Positions 49,775 through 62,239 of a DNA stretch of 64,000 nucleotides are shown here, piece by piece. How positions within the stretch are numbered: position 1 is the stretch's first letter; the number at the start of each line of letters is the position of its first letter. The position numbers were made by a program, and so were the translations under genes. Origin of the DNA: Mobula hypostoma. Lineage: Eukaryota. The notes beneath the pieces were generated by a model. That model did no database searches. It was not told where the DNA came from and worked only from the letters and a program-made list of their open reading frames with translations. The DNA lies in NCBI RefSeq assembly GCF_963921235.1, contig NC_086101.1, forward strand, positions 4,280,001 to 4,344,000. The letters are read 5' to 3'.

Positions 49775-50492
49775 TGTCCATAGATCCCTTAAGTTGATAG
49801 TTTGGTTATGAAGGCTTATTGTATGTTTGTCTTCATTGAGTTCAAAGCTGTGAGGTAATGTTGCAGCCCAACGCAACCTTGTTTTGACCAGACTTGGAGT
49901 AATGTGTTCAGTTCTGGTTGCCTCATTATAGGAAGGATTTGGAAGCTTTAGCGAGCTTGCAGAGGAGACTTAACAGGATACTGACCGGATTAGAGAGTAT
50001 GTTTTATGAGGTTAGGTTGAGTGAGAAAGGGCTTTTCTTTTCAAGCGAAGGAGAATAGCAAGTAACTTGATAGAAGTGTACAAGATGGTAAGAGGCATAG
50101 ATCAAGTGGATAGCCAGAGACTTTTTCCCAGGGTGGAAATGGTTGATACAAGAGGACATAATTTTGAGCTGTTTGGAGGAAAGTATAAGGGGATGTCAGG
50201 GGTTGGTTTTCCTTACGGACATGGCAAGCTTCTGTTGGTGGCCTATGCCCCAGGAGTGGTGATGGGCTTAAGTAAGCAAGGGCAAATTCCTACAGCTGTA
50301 GAACGCACTGCTACTGGTAGTGGTAGAGGCAGATACACTAGGGACATTGAAGAGACTAGTAGGTAAGCACACGGATGAAAGAAAAATAGAGGTTACGGAG
50401 GAGAGAAGGGTTAGATTGATCTTAGAGTAGGATAAAAGGATGGCACAACATCGTGGGCCGACGGGCCTGCACTGTGCTGAAATGTTCTATGT
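49775..50492 (+). mobile_element. CR1 LINE 3' fragment
   Basis: LIEVYKM.RGID.VDSQRLFP...TRGH; CR1 tail. Confidence 0.8.
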
Positions 50493-51247
50493 TTGAACTG
50501 TGCCTAGCCACACGGTCTTGATGTTGTGAAAAGAGACCATCTTTGATTATTTTTAACCAAGTTGCAACCAGTTATTCCAAAACTTACTAGATTGCGTCAG
50601 TTGTGAGGATCTCACTAAATACCCAAAGTAACAATAATAAGTGCTTTCTCATTGCTGTTTGGAAGAATATTATGTATGTTATAAATAAAGTATCCTGTTC
50701 AGAGCTTTGAAATAGTTTTATTTTTCATATATATCTGTAATGTATTTAATGTGTAATACCTATAACCTGTTAAAACATAAACATAGGACATAAAACATAA
50801 ATATTAGTGCAGTTGATCAAAAAAAACTTCAGCAGCTAACAGAGACTTTGGGGGTGGGAGCCATGCATGTAAATGAAAGTCACAAGTGGTCCACGAGCAG
50901 AAAAAGGTTGAGAACCACTGTTTTGGAGCGAGTAGGACAATGCGCCGGTGTTGATTGTCAGCGAGGGGAAATGTTTCCGATCTGCACTGACTGGGGTGCA
51001 GAGGGTTCAGCAGGTTGGTCGGAGATGGAAGTTCTGTGGAGCAGGTTCATGCTGGAGTGTGATGGACAGAAGAGCAGGGATGGCAGGCCTTTAATCTTGT
51101 GAACTGAGCAGATTGATGGTGGGCTGGAAGCTGAAGGCAGGCAGGGATACCCTGCGGAAGCACTGCCAGATTGCTACGGTATCTCTGCACGTAGACAGAC
51201 TGTAGTCTCTGCTGATTCACAGGATGCTCCTCTCCACAAAGGAAGTC

Positions 51248-51249
<2 letters not shown>

Positions 51250-51291
<42 letters not shown>
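51250..51291. repeat. (TG)n microsatellite
   Basis: Directly visible. Confidence 0.97.
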
Positions 51292-51292
<1 letters not shown>

Positions 51293-51844
51293 CCAAGGCC
51301 ATCAACCCTGCTGGACATGGGCTGCAAACACCAGCTCACCAAAGGTCTCTGTCCTGGGCCAGTCTGTCAAGCTTAGGAGAATGAAGGGGGATTTGACAGA
51401 GGTAACAGAATTATGAACAGTATTGGTAAGGTAGATGTAAGCAAGCTTTTTTCACTGAGGTGGGGTAAGTAGTGCAAAAAGAGAGGGAAAATATCGTGAG
51501 AAAGTTTTCATTGGGTTCTTTGTCCATTCAGAAATCTGATGCTGGAGGGGAAGGAGCTGTTTCCAAATTGTTGAGTGTGTGTCTTTAGTATCTTGAACCT
51601 CCTTCCTTATGGTGGCAATGACAGGAGGGCATGCTTGGGTGATGGAGGTCCTTAATAATGGATGTCACCTTCTTGAGGCTTCACCTTTTGAAGATGTCCT
51701 CAGTGCTGGAGAGGCTAGTGCTTGTGATAGAGCTGGCTGCGTTTTCTGGTTCATGCACTCTGCCCCTTCCATACCAGCTGGTGATACGACCAGTCATAAT
51801 GCTCTCCATGGTACAGCTGTGTAAATTTGTCTTTGTGTATTTCA

Positions 51845-52185
51845 GCCCATCACCCCTACTGGGACATAGGCCGCCGACAGAAGCTGGCCAGAGTCCTCTC
51901 TCCTGCTCCCCAGGTGCAGCCCATCTTCTCAGTGTCAGCTTTTCAAGGTGCCCTTTGGCTGCTCTCTCTTCTGCTTTCCCTGGGGATTCCAGTTTAGCTC
52001 TTGCCTTGCTGACATTGGTACTTGGCTTCTTTACGTTCCGAAGTTCAAAGTGAAATTCTGTGGAACAGCGTTCCATGTTGCACTGGTGGTGATCCTGGAT
52101 GATAGAAGGTTGATCGGCCCTGTGGGCTTGCTAGCCCCGTGTCGAATCCTCCTCCTTTCCCAGCTGGGCTTGGGACTGTCTGTGG
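51845..52185 (-). mobile_element. RTE-clade LINE 3' fragment
   Basis: - strand W.P.GK.R.G.P-like and A..R..W...V.GLC C-terminal remnants, ending cccagtaggggtgatgggct. Confidence 0.55.
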
Positions 52186-52280
52186 CCGAGTTGTGCAGCT
52201 GTAAATGAAAAGTAAGTTGACTATCAGAATACTTACGCATTACACATACAACCCTGAGATTCATTTTCCCGTAGGCATTC

Positions 52281-52620
52281 ATAGTCATAGTCATACTTTG
52301 TTGATCCCGGGGGAGATTGGTTTTCATTACAGTTGCACCATAAATAATTAAATAGTAATAAAACCATAAATAGCTAAATAATAATATGTAAATTGTGCCA
52401 GGAAATAAGTCCAGGACCAGCCTATTGGCTCAGGGTGTCTGACCCTCCAAGGGAGGAGTTGTAAAGTTTGATGGCCACAGGCAGGAATGACTTCCTATGA
52501 CGCTCTGTGTTGCATCTCGGTGGAGTGAGTCTCTGGCTGAGTGTACTCCTGTGCCCAACCAGTCCATTATGTAGTGGATGGGAGACATTGTCCAAGATGG
52601 CATGCAACTTGGACAGCATC
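52281..52620 (-). mobile_element. Rex1/Babar-type LINE 3' end with (TATGAC)n tail
   Basis: Near-identical reverse complement of 19765-20105. Confidence 0.85.
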
Positions 52621-52646
52621 CAGTAGATGCTGTAGATACTGTATTA

Positions 52647-54428
52647 AACATAGAAAACAGGTGCAGGAGTAGGCCATTCGGCCCTTCGAGCCTGCACCGC
52701 CATTCAGTATGATCATGGCTGATCATCCAACTCAGAACCCTGCACCAGCCTTCCCTCCATACCCCCTGATCCCTTTAGCCACAAGGGCCATATCTAACTC
52801 CCTCTTAAATATAGCCAATGAACTGGCCTCAACTGTTTCCTGTGGCAGAGAATTCTACAGATTCACCACTCTCTGTGTGAAGAAGTTTTTCCTAATCTCA
52901 GTCCTAAAAGGCTTCCCCTTTATCCTCAAACTGTGACCCCTCGTTCTGGACTTCCCCAACATCGGGAACAATCTTCCTGCATCTAGCCTGTCCAATCCCT
53001 TTAGGATTTTATACGTTTCAATCAGATCCCCCCTCAATCTTCTAAATTCCAACGAATTTAAGCCTAGTTCATCCAGTCTTTCATCATATGAGAGTCCTGC
53101 CATCCCAGGAATCAATCTGGTGAACCTTCTTTGTATTCCCTCTATGGCAAGGATGTCTTTCCTCAGATTAGGGGACCAAAACTGCACACAATACTCCAGG
53201 TGTGGTCTCACCAAGGCCTTGTACAACTGCAGTAGTACCTCCCTGCTCCTGTACTCGAATCCTCTTGCTACAAATGCCAGCATACCATTCGCCTTTTTCA
53301 CCACCTGCTGTACCTGCATGCCCACTTTCAATGACTGGTGTATAATGACACCCAGGTCTCGTTGCACCTCCCCTTTTCCTAATCGGCCACCATTCAGATA
53401 ATAATCTGTTTTCCTGTTTTTGCCACCAAAGTGGAAAACTTCACATTTATCCACATTAAATTTCATCTGCCATGAATTTGCCCACTCACCTAACCTATCC
53501 AAGTCACCCTGCATCCTCTTAGCATCCTCCTCACAGCTAACACTGCCACCCAGCTTCGTGTCATCCGCAAACTTGGAGATGCTGCATTTAATTCCCTCAT
53601 CCAAGTCATTAATATATATTGTAAACAACTGGGGTCCCAGCACTGAGCCTTGCGGTACCCCACTAGTCACTGCCTGCCATTCTGAAAAGGTCCCGTTTCT
53701 TCCCACTCTTTGCTTCCTGTCTGCTAACCAATTCTCTATCCACATCAATACTTTGCCCCCAATGCCGTGTGCTTTAAGTTTGCACACTAATCTCCTGTGT
53801 GGGACCTTGTCAAAAGCCTTTTGAAAATCCAAATATACCACATCCACTGGTTCTCCCCTATCCACTCTACTAGTTACATCCTCAAAAAATTCTATGAGAT
53901 TCGTCAGACATGATTTTCCTTTCACAAATCCATGCTGACTTTGTCCGATGATTTCACCGCTTTCCAAATGTGCTGTTATCACATCCTTGATAACTGACTC
54001 TAGCAGTTTCCCCACCACCAATGTCAGGCTAACCGGTCTATAATTCCCTGGTTTCTCTCTCCCTCCTTTTTTAAAAAGTGGGGTTACATTAGCCGCCCTC
54101 CAATCCTCAGGAACTAGTCCAGAATCTAAAGAGTTTTGAAAAATTATCACTAATGCATCCACTATTTCTTGGGCTACTTCCTTAAGCACTCTGCCATGCA
54201 GACCATCTGGCCCTGGGGATTTATCTGCCTTTAATCCCTTCAATTTACCCAACACCACTTCCCTACTAACATGTATTTCCCTCAGTTCCTCCATCTCACT
54301 GGACCCTCTGTCCCGTACTATTTCCGGAAGATTATTTATGTCCTCCTTAGTGAAGACAGAACCAAAATAATTATTCAATTGGTCTGCCATGTCCTTGCTC
54401 CCCATAATCAATTCACCTGTTTCTGTCT
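52647..54428 (-). mobile_element. Young 5'-truncated CR1 LINE with an uninterrupted RT reading frame
   Basis: Over 500 codons open (52855-54428) with all RT motifs; CR1 3' tail at 52647. Confidence 0.95.
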
Positions 54429-55036
54429 CACAGTAGATACAAAGAAGCACCATAGAATCACTGAAAAACCGTACACAGGACAGGCAACCAACGTGCGAAA
54501 GACAACAAGCTGCAAATACAAAAACAATAAGAACAAAATAATAGTAATAAATAAGCAATAGATATCCAGAACATGAGTCGAAGAGTCCTTGAAGGCGAGT
54601 CCATAGGTTGTGGAAGCAGTTTAGTGATTGGGGGGTGGTGGGTGACAGTTGAAGTTATCCATGTTGGTTTAGGAGCCTGATGACTGTTCCCGAACCTGGT
54701 GGTGTGGGACCTGTTGGTAGAGGCATGAAGAGAGCATGGCCTGGGTGGTGGGGGTCCTTGCTGATGGATGCTGCTTTCTTGTGACAGCATTCTGCGTGGA
54801 TGTGTTCATTGGTGAGAAGGGCTTTGCCTGTGATGGACTGGGCTATAGGCTTTTCCGATTTTGAGCTTTGGTGTTTCCATACCAGACGTGACGCATCCGG
54901 ATATATTAATGCTGTTAGTGACAGTTCCTCCTGTCTTGTTATTGTTCCTCATCCTCCGTGTCGTTGTATGGTGTGGGGAGGGTGCTACACACTCCGTATT
55001 CCCGAGAGTGAACGTGCTGGGGTTTTGCGTTTACAG

Positions 55037-55333
55037 GGATCGGTGAAGCTACTGAGCTGCCCTCCAGGAGACTAGGCCAGGCGGCAAACCTTGCAGCCAG
55101 TACCAACGGCTCGATGGGAAACATTGGCTCACAGCACGGCAGAGAAGTGCCTCACTCCGGGGCTGGCCAGGAGGCAGCTGCGGAGGCCCCTGAGGCAGAA
55201 ACCGCTGTGGGCTCAGCCATCCTTGACAGTGAGCTGGGAAACAGAGAGGGACCATGCACGCCTGCTGACGTCTGCTTGGGCTTGGAGACCAAGTCATCGG
55301 ATACAGGGACCTCAACTCAGCCGCTCCCGAAAG
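55037..55333 (+). CDS. EHMT2: EHMT2/G9a coding exon 3
   Basis: Acceptor gttttgcgtttacAG; donor AAG|GTATCT; 297 nt, phase 1 to 1, open frame; EAETAVGSAILDSELGNREG weakly resembles the recalled G9a segment before GHA.K. Confidence 0.72.
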
Positions 55334-55759
55334 GTATCTGGAGTAAATCTCCTTCTGTGTTCCCGGCTTGGGTCCCTCCTCCCTCAGCACTTTTTAAACT
55401 CTCTCCAGCAACTGTACCCCCTCTACCCCAACACCCCACCCCCCCCTTTAACTCCAAAGTTCAAAGTAAAATTTATTATCAGAGTACATACGTGTTAGCA
55501 CATAACAACCCTGAGATTCTTTGGAAGGGAGGGTCAGTCACAGGGGGTTTGGTCACTGGATTGGAGAGGTCGGTCACGGCAGGTGGGTGTGGGGGTTGTT
55601 CATGGGGTGTCAATCACGGGGTGGTGGGGGGGTCGGTCACGGGGGGGGTTGTTCATGGGGGGGGGTCAGTCACGGGGATGGTGGTGGGGTCGTTCATGGG
55701 GGGGGGGAATCAGTCATGTGCAAGCGTGGCTTCTTCCTGAGCTGTTCATTTAATTTAGT

Positions 55760-56025
55760 GATACATTCTGGAGTGGGCTGTTCAGGCCTCTTGAGTCACG
55801 CTGTCCCAGCAATCTGATTAACCCTAATCCGATCACAGGACAATTTACAATGACCAGTTAACCAATTAGTCTTTGGACTGTGGGTGGAAACGGAAGCACT
55901 CGGAGAAAGCCCACACATTCCATGGGGAGGATGTACGTAATGCTCCTTACGGAACAACGTCGGAATTGAACGTTGGGCTTCCGAATGCCCTGAGCTGTAA
56001 TGGTGTCGCGCTAAGCACTGTGCTA
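55760..56025 (-). mobile_element. HE1-like V-SINE
   Basis: tttggactgtgggtggaaacggaagcactcggagaaagcccac; tRNA-like head near 55960-56020. Confidence 0.78.
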
Positions 56026-56056
56026 TCATGGAGCCTCTGATTCCTTTCTCCCACAG

Positions 56057-56376
56057 GACATGCAGCCAAGACCATCCCTGCCTCCCCCACCAAGGGTCCA
56101 GTGACCAATCGTGCCAAGATGACGCTGTCCGGGGTCAGCAGGTCTCCCAACTCCATGCAGAGCCTGGCTATGAATCTGCTTAGTGTGCCAAGCGGCCGAG
56201 CGGGGGATGAGGTCGTTCCAGCGCCGCTTCCGGCTCCTGCTGCATCCCCAGCACCGGGTTCAGTGCCGGTTCCAGTCCCAGCTTCCTTCTCAACTCTGGC
56301 ACCAGCTCCGACTCAGGAAGAAAAGCCCAGGGTGCACAAGGCGCGGAAGTCAATCTCCAGGCCCAGCGCCACTCAG
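56057..56376 (+). CDS. EHMT2: EHMT2/G9a coding exon 4 (contains the automethylation / histone-mimic motif)
   Basis: GHAAKTIPASPTKG...RAKMTLSG..RSP.SMQSLAMNLLSVP...KPRVHKARKSISRP matches recalled G9a GHATKSFPSSPSKG...RAKMSMTG..KSPPSVQSLAMRLLSMP...PKVHRARKTMSKP; acceptor ttcctttctcccacAG, donor CAG|GTATTG; phase 1 to 0. Confidence 0.92.
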
Positions 56377-57233
56377 GTATTGCGTACTTGCAGAGTCCAC
56401 GGGCAGTGTTTGCCGGACGGGCAGACAGCCATCCATGTTGCTCCTAACAGGAGGAGCTGACCTCTCTCCTTAGAGTTCAGAGCTGGGTGGTGTGGGGGGG
56501 GGGGGCGGATGAAGCTGAGAGGTGATAGGTGAAAAAGGGCTGGAGGAGAAGGAATCTTGTAGGAGAGGAGAGTGGACCCTTGGAGAAAGGGAAGGAGGAG
56601 GGGTACCGGGGGAGGTGATAGGCAAGTGAGAAGAGCTAAGTGGTTACAGAATGCAGAATTGGTGTTACAGTTACAAAGAAAGTACAGTGCAGGCAGACGA
56701 TAAGCTCTGTAAGGCCGTGATGAGGGCAAAAGTTCATCTTATTTTACAAATATCTGCTCAGTAGCCTCATAACAGTGGGATAGAAGCTGTCCTTGAGCCT
56801 GTTGTTACGTGCTTTCAGGATTTTGTACCTTCTGCCTGATGGTAGAGGAGAGTAACGTCATCACTGAGATAGGTTATTTGTTCATTATCACAGTAGCCTT
56901 TGTGGGAGCATACTGTGCGTGGACTTGCGAGTATCAGCTTCACACTGGCACGGGGCTTCACTGACTGCTGAGCGCGTAGGAGCAGAAGATCTCCATTCCC
57001 TGGCTGCTAGAGGCCTTCTGTGCCCCTGAGGAAGTAGCTTCCCAGCGTACAGCCTTACAGAATCAGTGCATCAACTGCACATAAATTAATTTGGTTCAGT
57101 CTGGTTTTCCCGGTCTACCCAAACCTCCTTGGCTTCCCTTGCTAAATTCTTTTTTCTCCAGGTGCCCCATAGCTAGACTCCGGGATATCCCTGAGCTTTG
57201 GCCGGCCTTGTTGTGGGTGTGGAAGAGCGGTAC

Positions 57234-57534
57234 TGACAGAAGAGGTTTCACTTCATTTAAATTTTGTTTTCGGTCCTATTTCATTAAAATAATAGCTTCT
57301 TGGATCCGACTCAATGAGACAGAAAGACACAAACTCAGAACTACAAAACTGCGTTTATTAGGACAAAACCAAGCGAGTAGTAAAATGCACATCGAGGTGC
57401 ACATGGACTCCTTTCACTGCAGCACACCTCCCATTCTGCCAAACGATCGGCTGAGCATGATTGGCCCGTCGGTGAAGCCCCAGAGTGCCGAACCGAACTG
57501 CTCTACTTTTATATCTTCTCCACTCATTTGAAAC
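57234..57534 (-). mobile_element. Possible LTR fragment
   Basis: TG...CA-bounded; - strand TATAAAA (about 57507-57513) followed by AATAAA (about 57354-57359); no matching TSD found. Confidence 0.3.
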
Positions 57535-58631
57535 ACTGCACCGCAGTAAATGGACCAATACATAGGATTGTTTCAGAACCAATCTTCACTCCTGATGAGT
57601 AGCACCCATGTGTTCACCATGTTCTCACAGTATTGCATTCTCATGGTGTATTCCCATAGTAGTAACTGCTACTCATGCACTCGTTCCTGGTACTTTCAAG
57701 GCTACAGTCATTGTGAGATGTTCGACAGGTGCAAAGATTAACCCTTTACAATACAGGTCTTCCAAGCTGTATGTTGTAAAGGATGCTAGTCATATAGTGT
57801 GCCGCCACTCAATGACTCATATCCATCTTTGTGCAGAGGGCACCAGCAGAGACGGGGAGCCTGCCTTCCGAGTGTGTGAGCCAGACGCCTGGGGGCATGG
57901 CAGATGTGGAGTATGTGGCCCAGCCTCATGAGGAGAATCAGGAGGGCCACAGAGCGAGGAAGTCGATACTGAAAGGCAGCTTCAGTCAGGTATGTATGGA
58001 GTGAGGTGTGACTGAATGCTGTCTGCTGAGCAGGGGTGGGAGTGGAGGCGTAGACAGCATCCTGCTCCCTTGGGGAGCACTGGCAGGCCCTCCATTGGTT
58101 GGGGTTGCCCATGGATGTTGTGTCCTAGCTGTCTGCGTTGTTTGTGCAGCCCTGTCAGACGACGTGCAAGCTGGTACACCAGCCAGGCCAGTCCAGTTTG
58201 GAGAACAAGTTGTCCATTCAACGCGCTCCCCATTTCCAGCCCTGGACTCTGCCTCGGTTTACTCCTGAGGCTTCACTGTGAGTGGGTGCAGTGGAGGTCT
58301 GAGATCAGGGTTTTCCTTTTCCTAGATCAAAGTTTAGTTTCTTAGAAGGCAACTAAAAATGAGGTATTGTGGGGAAGAGTGGGGGTTTGAACTAATTTTG
58401 GAAGGGGTTGGACATGGGAAGGAAGCACCAAAAAGAAGGTACTGTAGGGGTTGGAGGCGAATAGCATCAGAAATAAGAGACAGAATAAAGGATGCCATGC
58501 TATTGTAACAATTAGTGCAACGCTATTACAGCTCAGGGTGTCTTAGAGTTCAGTGTTCAATTACAGTGCCCTCTGCAAGGAGTTTGTACATCCTCCCTGT
58601 AAGTGTGTGGGTTTCCTCTGAGTGTTCTGTA

Positions 58632-60008
58632 GTGAGGTATGAGTCTGACTTCAGTGGTGGGCAAGTGCGTTGACTTCAGTGGTGGGCAAGATCCTGAGAG
58701 GCAGGATTTATGAGCATTTGGAGAGACATAATCTGATTAGGGATAGTCAGCATGGCTTTGCGAAGGGCAGGTCATGCCTTGTGAGCCTGATTGAATTCGT
58801 TGAGGAAGTAACAAAACACATTGATGAAGGTAGAGCAGTGGATGTAGTGTATATGGACTTCAGTAAGGCATTTGATAAGGTTCCCCATGAAAGATTCCTT
58901 CAGAAAGTAAGGAGGCATAGGATCCAAGGAGACCTTGCTTTGTGGATCCAGAATTGGCTTGCACACAGAAGGAAAAGGGTGGTTGCGGATGATCTGTCTC
59001 CTGCATGGAGGTCGGTGACCAGTGGTATTCCGCAGGGATCTGTTTTGGGATGCCTCCTCTTTGTGATTTCTGTAACTGACCTGGATGAAGAAGTAGAAGG
59101 GTGGGTTTGTAAGTTTGCTGATGACACAAAGGTTAGGGGTGTTGTAGATAATCTGGGTTAGTCAGAGGTTACAGTGGGACATATATAGGATGCAGATCTG
59201 GGCTGAGAAGTGGCAGATGGACTTCAGCCCAGATAAGTGTGAAGTGATTCATTTTGGTAGGTCCAATTTGAAGACAGAGTATAATATAAATGGTAAGACT
59301 CTTGGCAGTGTGGAGGATCTGAGAGATCTTGGGGTCTGTGTCGGTAGGACACTCAGAGCAGCTGAGCAGGTTGACAGAGTTGTTAAGAAAGTGAATGGTG
59401 TGGAAGTCTTCATCATCCACATGATTGAGTTCGAGAGCTGTGAGGTAATGTTACAGCTATATCAGACCTTGGTCAGACCCCACTTGGAGTACTGTGTTCA
59501 GTTCTGGTCACCTCACTACAGGAAGGATGCGGATACTGTAGAGAGAGTGCAGAGGAGATTTACAAGGATGTTGCCTGGATTGGAGGGCGTACCTTTTGAG
59601 AATATGTTGAGTGAACTCAGCCTTTCCTCCTCGGAGCAACGGAGGTTGAGAGGTGACCTGATAGAGGTGTTTAAGATGATGAGGGGCATTGATCGTGTGG
59701 ATAGCCAGAGACTGAAATGGCTAACATGAGAGGGCATAGTTTTAAGGTGCTTGGAAATAGGTTCTTAGGGGATATCAGGCGTAACTTTTTCACACAGAGA
59801 GTGGTGGGTGTGTAGAATATACTGCTGGCAGCGGTGGTGGAAGCAGATACAACAGGGTCTTTTAAAAGCCTCTTAGATAGGTATATGGAGCTTAGAAAAA
59901 TAGAGGGCTATGCGCTAGGGAAATTCTAGGCAGTCCCTAGAGTAGGTTACATGGTCGGTACAACATTGTGGGCCGAAGGGCCTGTAATGTGCTGTAAATT
60001 TCTATGTA
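58632..60008 (+). mobile_element. 5'-truncated CR1 LINE inserted into an HE1-like SINE (SINE halves at 58510-58630 and 60009-60150)
   Basis: RT motifs in ORFs 58670-59161 and 59190-59729; the SINE V-domain is split (gggtttcctctgagtgttctg ... ctcccacattccaaa). Confidence 0.88.
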
Positions 60009-60172
60009 CTCCCACATTCCAAACCCATACAGATTAGTCATCATGAATTGTCCTGAGACTAGTCTAGGGTTAAAATGGTGCGCTGCTGGGCAGCACAGCT
60101 CCTTGGGTTGGAAGGGGTTGTTCTGTGCTGTATCTCCAAATAATGTAAATAAGTGAAGAAATAGAAACGGAA

Positions 60173-62045
60173 TGTTAGGGAAGGATCAGATGAAGTAAGT
60201 CTTTACTAGGTTTATAATGCAGAGGTATATATTAAACAAAGTCTATAAAGAAATATATTAAATAGATAAGCCAATTGTGTGTCAGAGCAATATCGGCTAT
60301 CTGGATTACATTCACAAATGAGGGGAGTGGGAGTCAAATTAAAGTTCACCAAAGTTTAAATCTGATTGTTATTCTACTGTTGACTGTGCACTCATATTTC
60401 TGGGTAACTTTATAACCAATTCTGTTACAAGAATCACCCCTTGTAATCATGATCAGTGAGCTACAGAGAACCTGTATTATCGACAAGTAACTTTTATTGT
60501 CTCAACTAAAAAGCACGTGGGTTCACAAACTAACTACCTGTCTGCACCCGACTAGGATCCCTGACCCTCCATGAGCAGTCAATGAAGAGAAAAGATATTA
60601 CCCGGGAAAGGAGTCTGTGCTGGCCAGGCATTCCTCACGGTCGCAATCTCCACATGTCCGGGGTCCTCCTTATCCTCAATTGCTGGAGAGTTATCACCCC
60701 TGCATATTTGGACTCCTGACTCTTATAGTGATCCTTATCAATTGAACTGGTCGCCCCATTGACTCAAGGTCACTTGACCTACCTGGGTCACCTTCTTACT
60801 GGTAATTGTACAGGGCTACAACCAACATTGTTTCATGGTCCTGACCACCCCAGCCTTGTGTATTTGTGCCTTTACACTCTGACTGGTCCAAAGCAGTTAA
60901 ATGAGGCGACTCCGACAGAGTCTAACGAGATTACAGATTGCTTCCTTGGTAGGTCTGGCATTTTACATAATAAGTAGCTACTCGTCTGAGAATGGTCTCA
61001 GATTTAGCAGGTTGTTACCTGAAGTTCCTCGTATCCACATTCAAGTACTCTGATTAGATTCTCCCAGAGCAAGAATCAGCTCGGACTACGTCCACACTCG
61101 ACCGGATAAATCCGTAACCAAAGCCTTTTCTCTTCGTTTTGACCCTCTGTCCACATTGAAACGGCATTTTCCTCCCCTGAAAACGGAGCTTTTCAGAAAT
61201 GCTCTCCAGAGTGAATAAATCTGAAAGCGCCTGATATCCGGCGTAGTGTGTACGGGGTAACCGGCTATTTTTAAAACCGCTGTCATGACGTGCTGGAACA
61301 AATGGTGGCGGCAGCACAACATTTCATTGTTTTCTTCAACGCAACCTCCAACACCACAACAACAATATCTGACAATAGATGTGTAACAGTCTAATGTAAC
61401 ATTGTATGGAAATACAAGACAACACTGATGCAGACATGTTTTATACATTTAACAAGGTGCTTTATTAATGTATTGCTCGTGCAGACATTCAATAGATGCA
61501 ATTGTCACTTTTGCCCAGTAACTCGTTTTATTACACATGTTAAATACAGCAAAATAATACACAAAGACATGGCAAAAGTAAAGGCAAACAAATGAGGTAA
61601 CAGCAAATTTCACTTTTGCCCAGTAAAAAGCCTTATTGCATTTAGTTGTAGTGGTCGTCCCTTTCATTGGTGAAGAAACTATGGCTGTAGGAAATGTTTC
61701 TGGACAAACGCGAACCAAGTCTTTCGTTTGACAATTTCCTTTTAAGTTTTTCTAGTCCGTAACTGGACAAATACGCACCAAGTATAGTGTTTCCTCTTTG
61801 CTTGTTTTCTGTGTGTCCTGCGCATGCCCAGTAGGAGGAGTTTCGTCGAAGTATCCATTTTAATGTGGACAGAGGTGTTTTCAAAAACGCCTAGTGTGGA
61901 CGACTGTCGTTTTTACGCGAAACCGGCGTTTTCAAAATTTCCCGGTCTAGTGTAGACGTAGCCTCAGAGTCCACAAAATGGGGGGAAACAAAGATTTGTC
62001 TGCTTCCCCTGTCCTTGATTAGACTGCAGTTTCTTGTGGCCAACA
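60173..62045 (-). mobile_element. Putative 3' LTR (about 1 kb without the MITE) of an env-bearing LTR element
   Basis: - strand polypurine tract aaatggagggaga (62058-62046) directly followed by TGTTGG; ends CTAACA at 60173; - strand AATAAA near 60493-60498; lies just downstream of env. Confidence 0.55.
61084..61963. mobile_element. PIF/Harbinger-type MITE
   Basis: TIRs gactacgtccacactcgaccgg / ccggtctagtgtagacgtagcc; 3-bp TSD tcg / tca. Confidence 0.8.
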
Positions 62046-62239
62046 TCTCCCTCCATTTAATCTTAAGATCATTATCCTCCTCTCATTCAGTTGACTGCCC
62101 ATAGGACTGCCATGGAACCCCAGTAGGTGTGCAGCACTTAGATTCTATAAATAATATTAACATTTTCTAAATAAATCCACCCACTTTATACTGACAATTA
62201 TCTCTGCTGTTTCATGAAAGCATTATTCTCGATTTTTCT

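Noticed and set aside
55334..55740. C-terminal part of ORF 55114-55740
   Set aside because: Intronic read-through past the donor at 55333 into repeat and G-rich low-complexity DNA
56377..56460. Extension of EHMT2 exon 4 to the stop at 56460
   Set aside because: Donor CAG|GTATTG matches the expected G9a exon end; the SET-domain gene must continue beyond the window
56880..58330. Further EHMT2 exons
   Set aside because: No G9a-like peptide (for example HFRMS or acidic tract) found; part of the region resembles a dispersed repeat also seen at about 33210 and 9895
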